64,000 nucleotides of DNA from Candidatus Aenigmatarchaeota archaeon (GCA_016184005.1 JACPDL010000004.1:14107-78106), one strand, 5' to 3'; counted from the first letter of the stretch, positions 28,115 to 37,414 are shown. Numbers and translations: made by a program. Notes: generated by a model not told the origin, from the letters alone.

Positions 28115-28837
28115 GTGCTTAGAATGAAAGTAGTAATTGTTATTCCAGCCTACAACGAAGAGGATACCGTGGGTGGCGTAGTTTCGATTGCAAAACAGTT
28201 CGGAAAAGTCATTGTAATCAACGACGCCTCGTCTGATAACACGGCGCTAATAGCCAGAAAATATGGCGCGACTGTTATCAGCCACTCAAAGAATATGGGC
28301 CTTGGAGCTTCTATACGGGATGGGTTCAAAGAAGCACTCAGGAATGGGGCCGATTTCGTTATAACGCTGGATGCTGACGGCCAGCACGACCCGAAAGACA
28401 TACCCAGGCTGGTTGAAAAGCTGAATGAAAGCTATGATTTTGTTTTGGGTGAAAGGAACCTTTCGCGCTACCCGTTTACAAAGAAGTTCGGCAACTTCTT
28501 CCTTAATCTGGCCACGAACCTTGTTTCAGGCACGGCAATAAGGGATACGGAATCCGGTTTTAGAGCCATAAAATCCGAAGCGTTGAAAAATTTCTACCTT
28601 AAGGCTGAAAGGTATGAAATATCGGTTGAAATAATATTTGAGGTGGGCAAACAAAAACTAAAGACGGCAAATGTCCCCATCAGTTCGCCTGTCTACGTCA
28701 AGGGTGTCGGCGTCCTGGATGGGGTAAAGAATTTCAGATATCTTGTCAAAAGAAGGAAAAGGAACCTCAAGAGCTATGTGGACGATTTCAAGTACGTGGC
28801 AAAGAATTTCATCGGGGCAAAAAGCCAGAGGAATTAA
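28115..28837 (+). CDS. family 2 glycosyltransferase (dolichol-phosphate hexosyltransferase-like)
   Basis: VIVIPAYNEEDTV...INDASSDNT...LDADGQHDP motifs of GT2. Confidence 0.8.
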   Translation: MLRMKVVIVIPAYNEEDTVGGVVSIAKQFGKVIVINDASSDNTALIARKYGATVISHSKNMGLGASIRDGFKEALRNGADFVITLDADGQHDPKDIPRLVEKLNESYDFVLGERNLSRYPFTKKFGNFFLNLATNLVSGTAIRDTESGFRAIKSEALKNFYLKAERYEISVEIIFEVGKQKLKTANVPISSPVYVKGVGVLDGVKNFRYLVKRRKRNLKSYVDDFKYVAKNFIGAKSQRN

Positions 28838-29672
28838 GAACTGACAGGACACCTTCTTCAAGAGAAAACTTCGGTTTCCACCCGAGCTTTTTTATTTTTG
28901 ATATGTCTGCTTTGCTTCTTTTTATTTCGCCTTTTTTTTCAGGCAAGAATTTAACGCTCGGCTTTGCCTTAGAGATATTATGTATGATGTCGACAAGCTG
29001 CAAAAGTGATGTTTCTTTTCCTGTGCCTGCGTTATAAATGCCGTTATTATCAGCTCCAAGAAGCAGTGCATCCACGACGTCGTTAACGAAAACAAAGTCC
29101 CTTGTCTGTAATCCGTTGCCAAATATTGTTATGTCCTTGTATTCCGGTATCTTGCCGCAAAATCTATTTGCAACGCCGTACCCGCGAGGTCCGTATACAT
29201 TGAAGAGCCTAAGAATAAAATAATCGCTCTGCTTTTTCAGCAGGTTTTCGGCCTTGAGCTTGCTCTTTCCATACTGTGAAACTGGTTTGCAGGTATCATC
29301 TTCATTGCAAGGCAGCTTCCCGTCAGCATAAACGGCAGCAGAAGAAGTGAAAATTGTTTTTGCTTTGTTCTTTTCCGCGCATTTGAATACATTTGCAGAA
29401 CCTATGAAATTTGTCTGGAAAACTGCATCTTCTCCGGCTTGTACGTCTGCTATTGCCGCCAAATGAAAGATAACTTTGCAGTCTTTGGCGGCCTTGTTCA
29501 CATCAGGCTGATTCCTTACGTCACCGTTGATGAATTTTGCAGCCTTGTCAAGATTTTCTTTTTTGCCGGTAGAAAGGTTATCAAGAACAACTACATCATG
29601 CCCTATTAAGATCAGCCTGTCCACTAAATGCGAGCCTATAAATCCACACCCGCCTGTAACAAGCACCTTCAT
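28809..29672 (-). CDS. NAD-dependent sugar epimerase/dehydratase
   Basis: MKVLVTGGCGFIGSHLVDRL Rossmann motif and a YxxxK-type SDR fold. Confidence 0.85.
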   Translation of the reverse strand: MKVLVTGGCGFIGSHLVDRLILIGHDVVVLDNLSTGKKENLDKAAKFINGDVRNQPDVNKAAKDCKVIFHLAAIADVQAGEDAVFQTNFIGSANVFKCAEKNKAKTIFTSSAAVYADGKLPCNEDDTCKPVSQYGKSKLKAENLLKKQSDYFILRLFNVYGPRGYGVANRFCGKIPEYKDITIFGNGLQTRDFVFVNDVVDALLLGADNNGIYNAGTGKETSLLQLVDIIHNISKAKPSVKFLPEKKGEIKRSKADISKIKKLGWKPKFSLEEGVLSVLNSSGFLPR

Positions 29673-29739
29673 ACAACAATACCACTATTTTTAGTGACAG
29701 AGAATCTTAAATCATTATGTCAAGGACAGCCGTCCCCTA

Positions 29740-29860
29740 AGATGATATGCTCTTAATACTCCCACGACTAAAGTCGTGGGTTTCTGAGAGCATGTCATCC
29801 CAACATTGTTTATGTAATATCTGCTGTCTAAAGACAGCAGTTTTAAGCAATGTTGCGGAT
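29740..29860. repeat. compound stem-loop element (CSL family) copy
   Basis: CACGACTAAAGTCGTG hairpin, then ATCCCAACATTGTTTATGTAATATCT GCTGTCTAAAGACAGC ...AAGCAATGTTGCGGATAA. Confidence 0.55.
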
Positions 29861-29954
29861 AACTTTGTTAGATAGGTGGTATGTTCAGGTATCACTGTGG
29901 TATTCTCTATCCCGGAAAGCAAAGCTTCCTGCAGATTTGCCCGCTTTTTGATTT

Positions 29955-30113
29955 TCAGGCCAGGAGCTTAAGCGCCATGACAAGTCCTGCAAATAAGAAC
30001 GAAGCTGCAACAATATGGGCAGGTTTGAGCCTGATGCCGGTTTCCTCGACGTCGTAGTATCTTATCAGGCCTGCCGTTGATTGCGGCATGTATGTTTTCT
30101 CTTTATCAGCCAT
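29955..30113 (-). CDS. secG: preprotein translocase subunit Sec61-beta (52 aa, below ORF-track cutoff)
   Basis: MADKEKTYMPQSTAGLIRYYDVEETGIRLKPAHIVAASFLFAGLVMALKLLA has the archaeal Sec61beta pattern (GLxRYxDxE then a TM helix). Confidence 0.55.
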   Translation of the reverse strand: MADKEKTYMPQSTAGLIRYYDVEETGIRLKPAHIVAASFLFAGLVMALKLLA

Positions 30114-30135
30114 GATTATTAGTTATTCTCTGCGC

Positions 30136-30390
30136 TTAAATTCTTTTGTTGTGCCTTTTGAGGAAAACTGCTCGTGCTTCCAGGCGCTTTCTATGGGCTT
30201 CAAGGTTTTTTCTAAATTCCTTTATTTCCTTTTCAATTGCCTCTATAGTCTCATCAGTATCTGACAGCAGCTGTTCTTTGTGATTGGCGATTTCTTTTTT
30301 GTATAGAGAATTATGGCTTTTGATGAGCCTCTCGATTTCGAGCGATATATTTTCTGTGCTTCTTTTTGCTTTGATTAATTCCGGCCACAT
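30136..30390 (-). CDS. hypothetical coiled-coil protein
   Basis: 84-aa K/E-rich helical ORF. Confidence 0.3.
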   Translation of the reverse strand: MWPELIKAKRSTENISLEIERLIKSHNSLYKKEIANHKEQLLSDTDETIEAIEKEIKEFRKNLEAHRKRLEARAVFLKRHNKRI

Positions 30391-30413
30391 AATCAGATAT
30401 CCAGGAGATTTAT

Positions 30414-31355
30414 TTAAGTCTTAGTCTTGGCGGATTTGGCAAGTGATAGTTCATTCTTCGACTTCCAGAAAAAGTAGCTTATCAAGAGTATTGTTATTAT
30501 CGGAGAGATCCATGGCGGGATATGCATGCCAAAGCTGTCCATTACCATAATAGTCCCTAGAAAGGCAACGGAATACATGGCGCCATTCTTCAGGTATTTG
30601 TATTTCTTGACGTTTTCTATATTGCTCACGGTCAGCTGGCGTACAACCACGGCCCCCATGCCGTTTCCTATGAGTATTATTGGAACAGAAAGGGTGAATG
30701 CGAAAGCGCCAAAAACGCCGTCTATGGAAAATGACGCATCGATTACTTCCAGATACATTATCTTGCTCCAGTCGCTCATTTTGCTGTTTTCCAGCATTTC
30801 CGCTTCTTTTTTCTCTGCATTTTCCCTGAAGCCGTGAACTATGAAGAATATGCTGGAGCCAACGACAGCGCCAAAAGCCATCAATGGGTTGATGTGTATG
30901 GAATACCATACTATTGTCGTCAGCAATACCGAAACGAGTGCAAAGAACCACACGCCTTTCCTTTCAATGTAATTCTCAACCATTAGCCCGTAGTATTTTG
31001 GTTCCAGGAACAGCCAGTGAAGGAAAAGGAATATTAGAAAAATACCTCCAGCCATCAGGAGGGGGGGTGCCGAGTTCTCAATAGCTTGGCTGATTGCAGG
31101 ATCTTCGTTGAAGGCTGCCGTCATAGTGCCCCAAAAGCCTAGCTGCGGATTCAATGAATAAACTATAATGAGTGGCAAAAGCCCCCGTATAAGGAATACG
31201 GCGATAAATATGCCCCATATAAGGAACCAGCGTCTCGCCTGTTTCGACATGGTTCTGAGCACGTCGGCGTTTATTACTGCATTGTCGACACTCGTCACAA
31301 TTTCAAAAAGAGAAAGCCCTACAAGGGTTAAAATGAGAAAAAATATCTCTGGCAT
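30414..31355 (-). CDS. TerC/DUF475-family integral membrane protein
   Basis: SVDNAVINADV and SIDGVFGAFAFT motifs in a multi-TM protein. Confidence 0.55.
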   Translation of the reverse strand: MPEIFFLILTLVGLSLFEIVTSVDNAVINADVLRTMSKQARRWFLIWGIFIAVFLIRGLLPLIIVYSLNPQLGFWGTMTAAFNEDPAISQAIENSAPPLLMAGGIFLIFLFLHWLFLEPKYYGLMVENYIERKGVWFFALVSVLLTTIVWYSIHINPLMAFGAVVGSSIFFIVHGFRENAEKKEAEMLENSKMSDWSKIMYLEVIDASFSIDGVFGAFAFTLSVPIILIGNGMGAVVVRQLTVSNIENVKKYKYLKNGAMYSVAFLGTIMVMDSFGMHIPPWISPIITILLISYFFWKSKNELSLAKSAKTKT

Positions 31356-31516
31356 AAGGAATCAGTTATAAACACTGAATGCAAGATTTATAAGTTTGTT
31401 GGTTTCTCTGCAAATATTCTGCAGAACATTTTTTGCCAACATGGGCAGTCGCATGGCAGATGAACAGTGTAATTTTTAATACTATGCTGTGTAATCTATT
31501 ATTGGAGGATTAACCT

Positions 31517-32023
31517 GTGAATAGAACAGTGTATCTGATTTTTGTGTTGTCTGTTGTTGCTTCAGTGGCCGGCGCTCACGAAGAAATGCAGACGCCGGAA
31601 GAGATGATGAACGTGATAATGGCACGCCAGGGCGTTTCAAGCATAGGCGAGGTGGATTGCGGCAGTGTTTTAGAAGTGGATTTCGAGATGCTGGGGGACG
31701 CCGTGATGGGAAGGATGGCCGGAAGCCACGAGCTGCACGAGCAGATGGACAGCATGATGGGCGGCGAGGGCTCGGCGGGCCTGCAAAGCACGCACGTTGC
31801 GATGGGAAAAAACTGGCTTGGCTGCAGCCAGGGAGTAATGGGCAGTGGAATGATGGGCGTGAATATGATGCCGATGATGATGAGGATGATGGGCAATTAC
31901 TACCCTGCATACTACAGCGGCTACGATGCTGTTCTTTTGCTTGCTGTTGCCGGCTGGATTCTTTTCTTTGCGATGCTTTATTTATATCTGTCAAGGATGT
32001 CCAAGAAAACGCGCAGGAGATGA
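31517..32023 (+). CDS. secreted Met-rich protein with C-terminal TM anchor (putative Cu(I)-binding)
   Basis: Signal peptide ending VAGAHEE, multiple MxxM/MMxM runs (GVMGSGMMGVNMMPMMMRMMGNYY) and a C-terminal TM helix. Confidence 0.55.
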   Translation: MNRTVYLIFVLSVVASVAGAHEEMQTPEEMMNVIMARQGVSSIGEVDCGSVLEVDFEMLGDAVMGRMAGSHELHEQMDSMMGGEGSAGLQSTHVAMGKNWLGCSQGVMGSGMMGVNMMPMMMRMMGNYYPAYYSGYDAVLLLAVAGWILFFAMLYLYLSRMSKKTRRR

Positions 32024-32213
32024 AAATCCTCTATGTTACCATCAACTAATTCGAGAAAAGCAAAGCTTTCCTGAATTTCTCAAAGGGTTTCTGTGAAATC
32101 CTTTGCAGAAAGGTTGATGGTTTCTTTGTGGATTTCTTTCAAGAACATTGCTTTCATCTACTATCTGAAGATAGTAGTTTTTAATGTTCTTAGAATAAGG
32201 CTGCTTTTGCAAG

Positions 32214-32774
32214 GTGACAAATATTCTTGAAGATTTCATGGTTCCTTTTGTTTCAATCCTTGTTGCAGAATTCGGCGACAAGAGCCAGATGGCGCTGTTC
32301 CTTTTGTCAGCCAGGACAAAAATGCACAAGCGGCTGCTTGCTGGGGCTTTTCTGGCGTTTCTTGTTGTAGACGGCGTTGCAATACTGGCAGGCCACTACA
32401 TCCTGAATATTATTCCTGTTCAGGCTGTCAGGTTCGCAGCCGGCGCTGTTTTTGCTGCCGTGGGGATATTTTATTTGTTTCACATGCCATCGGAAGAAAA
32501 GGAAACCGCAAGGCTGGTTTCCCCGTTTTATTCTGGCTTCGCTGTAACGTTCTTTTCAGAATGGGGCGACAAGACGCAGCTGGCTTCAGGCCTCCTTGCA
32601 ACAAAATTCATTCCTTTTTTTGTTCTGTCCGGAGTCCTTGCTTCTCTGCTTCTGCTTTCTTATCTGGCAGTGCGTTCCGGGAAGTTTATTCATGCGCGGG
32701 TTGACAGGAAAGTCATGCAGAAAATATCAGGCGCAATATTTATAGTGCTTGGCATAACATTTATCATAGGCTGA
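32214..32774 (+). CDS. UPF0016/GDT1-family cation (Ca2+/Mn2+):H+ antiporter
   Basis: Two E-x-G-D-(KR)-(ST) motifs (EFGDKSQ and EWGDKTQ), one in each repeat unit. Confidence 0.75.
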   Translation: MTNILEDFMVPFVSILVAEFGDKSQMALFLLSARTKMHKRLLAGAFLAFLVVDGVAILAGHYILNIIPVQAVRFAAGAVFAAVGIFYLFHMPSEEKETARLVSPFYSGFAVTFFSEWGDKTQLASGLLATKFIPFFVLSGVLASLLLLSYLAVRSGKFIHARVDRKVMQKISGAIFIVLGITFIIG

Positions 32775-32778
32775 GCGA

Positions 32779-34593
32779 ATGAAAAACCAGAAACTGAAAA
32801 AAGAGCTGTCTCTTTTCACGGCTACCCTGTACGGCGTCGGCATAATCCTGGGTGCCGGCATCTACGTCCTCATCGGCCAAGGGGCAGGCGTAGCCGGGAA
32901 TGCTATATGGCTTTCTTTTGTCGTGGCTGCTATAATCGCAGCCTTTACAGGCCTGAGCTATGCAGAGCTTGCCAGCATGTTCCCCCGGGTCGCCGCGGAA
33001 TATGTTTATACAAAGCACGCGTTCAGCAGGAATTATCTTTCTTTCATCGTGCAGTGGATAATGATATTCACACTTATCGTTAGCGCCTCGACGGTGGCGC
33101 TGGGCTTCGGGGGATACGCCTCTTTCATGTTCGGTATATCGCCGGTTGTTGCTGCCGCCGGCCTTCTTGTCGTGCTTTCGGCCATAAACTACATAGGCAT
33201 AAAAGAATCGGCCCGCTATAATATCCTGTCAACGGTTGTTGAGGTTTCTGGGCTTGTATTCGTCGCAATAATCGGGCTGTTTTTTATCGGAAAGGCAGAA
33301 ATAGATTACTTTTCCTCCCCTGCCGGTCTTGGCGGCGTCCTCTCCGCAACTGCGCTCATATTCTTTGCTTACATAGGGTTTGAGGAACTTGTGAACCTCT
33401 CGGAAGAGACGAAAAACGCAAGGAAAGTGATACCGAAGGCACTTGTTTTGTCGCTGGGGATATCCACGCTCCTTTACATCCTTGTTTCCGTGTCCTCCAT
33501 AAGCATCATCGGAGCTGAGGAGCTTGGGAAATCGCCCGCGCCCCTGACAGCTGTTGTGTCCGCGGCATTGCCTGAAGCCGGATTTCTGATGTCGCTGATA
33601 GCCCTGTTTGCAACCTCCAACACCGTGCTCGTCATCCTGATAGTTGTTTCACGCATGCTGTACGGCCTGGCCTGCAACAACACGTTCCCCGCTGTCTGCG
33701 GCAGGGTGGGCGGCAGAAAAACGCCGTATGTTTCCGTGTTTATTGTAATGGTCATGTCTCTTGTTTTTTTGCTCATCGGCGGCATAAAAACGATTGCCAT
33801 GCTCACTGATGTCGGCATATTTGTTGTCTATGTCTTTGTTAACGCGTCGCTGATACGGCTCAGGTACAAGGCGCCGGGCGCAAAGAGGACTTTCAGGTCG
33901 CCGGTGAATATCGGCCGTTTTCCTGTGCTCGCGTTGCTGGGCATCATAAGCTCCGGCCTGATGCTGCTTCATTTCGAGCCGATGCTTATTATTTACGAGA
34001 TGATAGTTGTTTTTGTAGGCCTGGTGTTCTATAAGACCTTTACAAAAGTGCAGAAGCTGCACGAACGGGAAAAGATATACACAAAACTGTTCAGGAAGTC
34101 CATATTCACGTCAAAGGAAAGGGATTTAATCCGAGCTGTTATAAAATATCCTATGAAAATCTCACCTATCATGGTAAGAAATGTAAAAACGGTGGCGTCG
34201 CGGGACACTGTCAGGAAAGCCGTCACAGTCATGAACAGGCATAAAATCGGCAGTGTTGTTGTTCTGGACAAAGGCAAGGTTGTAGGCATCGTGACCGAGA
34301 GGGATGTGCTCAAGCGCGTCGTGGCTGTGAACAAAAAACCGGAGAGCGTCCGCTGCAAAAGTATAATGAGCAGGCCTGTGAAAACAATCGATGCGGAGGA
34401 AAGCGTTGTGGATGCAATAGAGCTCATGGCAAGATACAGGATAAAGAAGCTTGTTGTAACAAAGGGCCGCGAAATTGCAGGCATCATAACCGCTACTGAT
34501 ATACTCAGGAGCGGCGAGCGGATAGAGTACGCCGCCTTGAAAAAGCTGGCGCAGTTTTTCCCTGTTTACCAGCCGGCTGCGCAGGCCGGATGA
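32779..34593 (+). CDS. APC-family amino acid permease fused to a C-terminal CBS-domain pair
   Basis: About 12 TM helices of APC type followed by two CBS motifs (IMVRNVKTVASRDTVRKAVTVM... and GIVTERDVLKRV...). Confidence 0.8.
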   Translation: MKNQKLKKELSLFTATLYGVGIILGAGIYVLIGQGAGVAGNAIWLSFVVAAIIAAFTGLSYAELASMFPRVAAEYVYTKHAFSRNYLSFIVQWIMIFTLIVSASTVALGFGGYASFMFGISPVVAAAGLLVVLSAINYIGIKESARYNILSTVVEVSGLVFVAIIGLFFIGKAEIDYFSSPAGLGGVLSATALIFFAYIGFEELVNLSEETKNARKVIPKALVLSLGISTLLYILVSVSSISIIGAEELGKSPAPLTAVVSAALPEAGFLMSLIALFATSNTVLVILIVVSRMLYGLACNNTFPAVCGRVGGRKTPYVSVFIVMVMSLVFLLIGGIKTIAMLTDVGIFVVYVFVNASLIRLRYKAPGAKRTFRSPVNIGRFPVLALLGIISSGLMLLHFEPMLIIYEMIVVFVGLVFYKTFTKVQKLHEREKIYTKLFRKSIFTSKERDLIRAVIKYPMKISPIMVRNVKTVASRDTVRKAVTVMNRHKIGSVVVLDKGKVVGIVTERDVLKRVVAVNKKPESVRCKSIMSRPVKTIDAEESVVDAIELMARYRIKKLVVTKGREIAGIITATDILRSGERIEYAALKKLAQFFPVYQPAAQAG

Positions 34594-34611
34594 TGGAATC
34601 TTTTAATCCGT

Positions 34612-35124
34612 TTGCAATTATGTTTTCTCATGCCGGCGCAAAATATGGACAACGTGACAAGAATATTTCTTGTGGCTTTTGTGGTTGCCGCGGCTTATCT
34701 TGTTCTCAGCATAATCATAAGGCCCTTATTCGTGCAGCAGCCGGAAACAATGTACGGAATGATGCAGCAGGCGATGGGCTTTTCCCAGCAAAGCGCTATA
34801 CCAAATATGCTGGCTTTGGTGGCTGCGTTGGGATTGGGCATACTTGCTTCCCTGAAATTTAAGACGAAAACGGTTACAGGAATAAGGGGCGGCAGGGAAC
34901 GGGCTCTTTCCATAGTCAGGAAAAGGCTTTCTGACGACGAAAAGAAAATGCTGAAGGAAATAGAAAGGGCGGGATCAATAACCCAGGACTCGCTTCGCGC
35001 AAGGCTCGCCTGGAGCAAGGCAAAGGTTTCCACGACACTTACAAGATTTGACAAGATGAATCTCATCCAGCGGGAAAGGCAGGGAAAGACGTACAGGGTT
35101 TTCCTGCCGAAGGACCTGAAATGA
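34612..35124 (+). CDS. membrane-anchored winged-helix regulator with a Met-rich extracytoplasmic loop
   Basis: Two TM helices flank the loop QQPETMYGMMQQAMGFSQQ; the cytoplasmic C-terminus KKMLKEIERAGSITQDSLRARLAWSKAKVSTTLTRFDKMNLI is a wHTH. Confidence 0.5.
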   Translation: MQLCFLMPAQNMDNVTRIFLVAFVVAAAYLVLSIIIRPLFVQQPETMYGMMQQAMGFSQQSAIPNMLALVAALGLGILASLKFKTKTVTGIRGGRERALSIVRKRLSDDEKKMLKEIERAGSITQDSLRARLAWSKAKVSTTLTRFDKMNLIQRERQGKTYRVFLPKDLK

Positions 35125-35136
35125 GAGGAACTGCTT

Positions 35137-35865
35137 ATGGAAGAAAAAATAGAATGCCGGGACTGCGGGAAAAGATTTTCCGTGCAGGAAGCCCTTGAGC
35201 AGCACAGGAAGGCGAAGCACGAGGAAATGAAAAAGGAGAGAAAACTGAAGCTCCCGATGAAATGGATTGCAGTTACGGCAATTGTCATAATTATTGCTGC
35301 AGGCGGGTACATGCTGGTTTCGTCCGCACCAAAATACACACCTGTATCAGGGTATAGCGAGCATTTTTTGGGCGCGGAAAACGCTTCTGTGGTTGTCATA
35401 GAGTACAGTGATTTCCAGTGCTCTTTCTGCGGAAGATTCTACCAGCAAACAGAGCCCCAGATTATCGAGGAATATGTTGACACAGGAAAGGTGAAGTTTG
35501 TCTACAGGCACTTCCCGCTGGCGCAGACGCACCAGTATGCACAGAAGGCTGCCGAGGCAAGCGAATGTGCATCTGACCAGGGCAAGTTCTGGGAGTATCA
35601 CGACAGGCTGTTTGATAATCAGAACGCGCTTTTCCCGGCATCACTGAAGAAATACGCTGCGGATATCGGTCTTGACAAGGCCGCGTTTGATGCATGTTTA
35701 GATTCTGGTGTGATGGCTTCCAGGGTGCAAAGCGGTTTTGAAGAGGGTCAGGGCAGGGGCGTGAGGTCAACGCCAACCTTTTTTGTAAATAACGTGAAAA
35801 TAGAGGGTGCCCAGCCTTTTGCTTCATTCAAGCAGGCAATAGAGTCGGAGCTTGGCAAGACGTGA
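35137..35865 (+). CDS. membrane-anchored DsbA-like thiol:disulfide oxidoreductase with N-terminal C2H2 zinc finger
   Basis: N-terminal CRDCGKRF...H...H finger, one TM helix, then a thioredoxin fold with CSFC active site and DsbA-like helical insert. Confidence 0.65.
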   Translation: MEEKIECRDCGKRFSVQEALEQHRKAKHEEMKKERKLKLPMKWIAVTAIVIIIAAGGYMLVSSAPKYTPVSGYSEHFLGAENASVVVIEYSDFQCSFCGRFYQQTEPQIIEEYVDTGKVKFVYRHFPLAQTHQYAQKAAEASECASDQGKFWEYHDRLFDNQNALFPASLKKYAADIGLDKAAFDACLDSGVMASRVQSGFEEGQGRGVRSTPTFFVNNVKIEGAQPFASFKQAIESELGKT

Positions 35866-35987
35866 ACGGGTAAAAATCATGATCTTGGCGGTAGCCCTTG
35901 GTTCGGTGCCGGGCTGAAAACCGTTTTAAACCGTTCCAGAGGCAACCTAGTTATTCCGGCCGCTACTATAGTTATATGGTGATTAAG

Positions 35988-36287
35988 ATGGAAAACAAAT
36001 ATGTGCTAGCGCTGCTGCTCGCCGCGGCAGTTGGAATATTGGCCGTAAGCGTAGCAGGCGCGCACAGCAATGGCAATCAAAACGCTATGATGGGTGATGG
36101 GAACTCCGGCATGATGGGGATGATGGGTGGCATGGGAATGATGAACGGCATGATGAGCACAGACGGCTTTGTCCACAACGAAGATGACATAGACTGGATG
36201 AGAGAAGAGATGAAAGAGCACATGAATTTCACGGACGAGGAATTCGACGGGATGGCCGAGCACTGCCCGATGATGAGAGGGCGCTGA
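35988..36287 (+). CDS. secreted Met-rich protein, paralog of 31517..32023 (start at MENKYV inside tracked ORF 35898..36287)
   Basis: Signal peptide ending VAGAHSNG followed by MMGDGNSGMMGMMGGMGMMNGMM repeats. Confidence 0.5.
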   Translation: MENKYVLALLLAAAVGILAVSVAGAHSNGNQNAMMGDGNSGMMGMMGGMGMMNGMMSTDGFVHNEDDIDWMREEMKEHMNFTDEEFDGMAEHCPMMRGR

Positions 36288-36361
36288 TTTTTATTTTTTC
36301 TTTTCTGATTATGCCCATGGAAGTAAAAGATATTCTGACAAAATAGAAAGAGGATTGGAAA

Positions 36362-36547
36362 ATGAGAAAGAAAAACCGCAATGACAATAACATGGCAATC
36401 ACAGTCATTATACTCGTTCTGCTGCTTCTGGTTGGCTTCGGATGGGGTTTCGGCCATACAGGCGGCATGTTTTTGGGGCCGGCTTTCATGATACTTGTGC
36501 TGTTTCTTGTAGTCTGGCTGGTAATGTCGTTGACTCAAAATAAATGA
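36362..36547 (+). CDS. small membrane protein
   Basis: 61 aa with two hydrophobic helices. Confidence 0.3.
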   Translation: MRKKNRNDNNMAITVIILVLLLLVGFGWGFGHTGGMFLGPAFMILVLFLVVWLVMSLTQNK

Positions 36548-36554
36548 GGTGAAA

Positions 36555-36676
36555 TCATATCGTTCTTGATATAACCCACAACTTTAGTTGTGGGTTTGTT
36601 GAACGATGTGATCCCAACATTGTTTATGTAGTATCTACCGACTAAAGTCGGTAGTTTTAAACAATGTTGAGGATAA
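36555..36676. repeat. compound stem-loop element (CSL family), near-identical to 44098-44222; its 3' end abuts the osmC start codon
   Basis: ATCATATCGTTC..[ACCCACAACTTTAGTTGTGGGT]..GAACGATGTGAT then CCCAACATTGTTTA..[ACCGACTAAAGTCGGT]..TAAACAATGTTGAGGATA followed by ATG at 36676. Confidence 0.6.
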
Positions 36677-37206
36677 TGACTATACATGAAGATGATATGA
36701 AACTAAACAATGTAGACATGAACAAGGCTGGCGCTTTTTTGGAAGAGGTAAAGGCCGACAGAAACAAGGCAATAAAAATAAAGCGCGTGGAAGGCGAATG
36801 GAATTTCTCGGGTGTGCAATTCGCTGCAACATTAGAGCATGCGACTGGAAAGACTATCGTTGAGGCAGACGGCCCTCCTATAATGGGCGGCTCCGGTTTG
36901 AAGCCCGACCCTGTGCAGTACTGTTTGTTTGGCCTTGCAGCATGCTTTGCGCAGACATTCGCGTCGATAGCTGCCGAAAAGGGCATTGAGCTCAAGCGCC
37001 TGAAGGTGTCTGCAGAAAATAAAGTCAACCTGTCGAGGTCTTTGGGAATTGGCGACGAGCCGATAGTGGAAAATGTGAAACTATTTGTCACTGCTTCCGG
37101 CAGCGGCGACCTGAAAGAAGTGGAGCAGCTTGCGAAGGATAGGTGCCCGGGCGTTTACTGCCTGACGAACCCGATAAAACTGGATATAGAAAGCGACTTC
37201 TCCTAA
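36676..37206 (+). CDS. OsmC/Ohr-family thiol peroxidase
   Basis: GGSGLKPDPVQYCLFGLAACFAQTF and CPGVYCL motifs carry the two conserved Cys of OsmC/Ohr. Confidence 0.7.
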   Translation: MTIHEDDMKLNNVDMNKAGAFLEEVKADRNKAIKIKRVEGEWNFSGVQFAATLEHATGKTIVEADGPPIMGGSGLKPDPVQYCLFGLAACFAQTFASIAAEKGIELKRLKVSAENKVNLSRSLGIGDEPIVENVKLFVTASGSGDLKEVEQLAKDRCPGVYCLTNPIKLDIESDFS

Positions 37207-37414
37207 GGAATAAACGGTGACCTGCCATAGCCCGTCATTAAAACTGTAATCTGCCGACTAATTCATGGAGAGCAAAGCTCTACTGAATTCATTAGAAAAT
37301 CTGTAAGATTTTCTATGCACCGGAATAGCTATGCTATTCCGAGTGTCTCAAAGGGCTTCATACGAAACCCTTTGCAGAAAAGTCGGTAGTTTTAAACAAT
37401 GTTGGGGATAATTA

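Noticed and set aside
31482-31994. 170-aa Pro/Ser/Arg-rich ORF antisense to the Met-rich protein gene
   Set aside because: Mirror-strand artefact of the ATG/ATGATG-rich sense gene; the sense strand has a signal peptide and coherent architecture.
34695-35399. 234-aa minus-strand ORF
   Set aside because: Antisense across the membrane-wHTH and DsbA-like genes, both of which have motif support.
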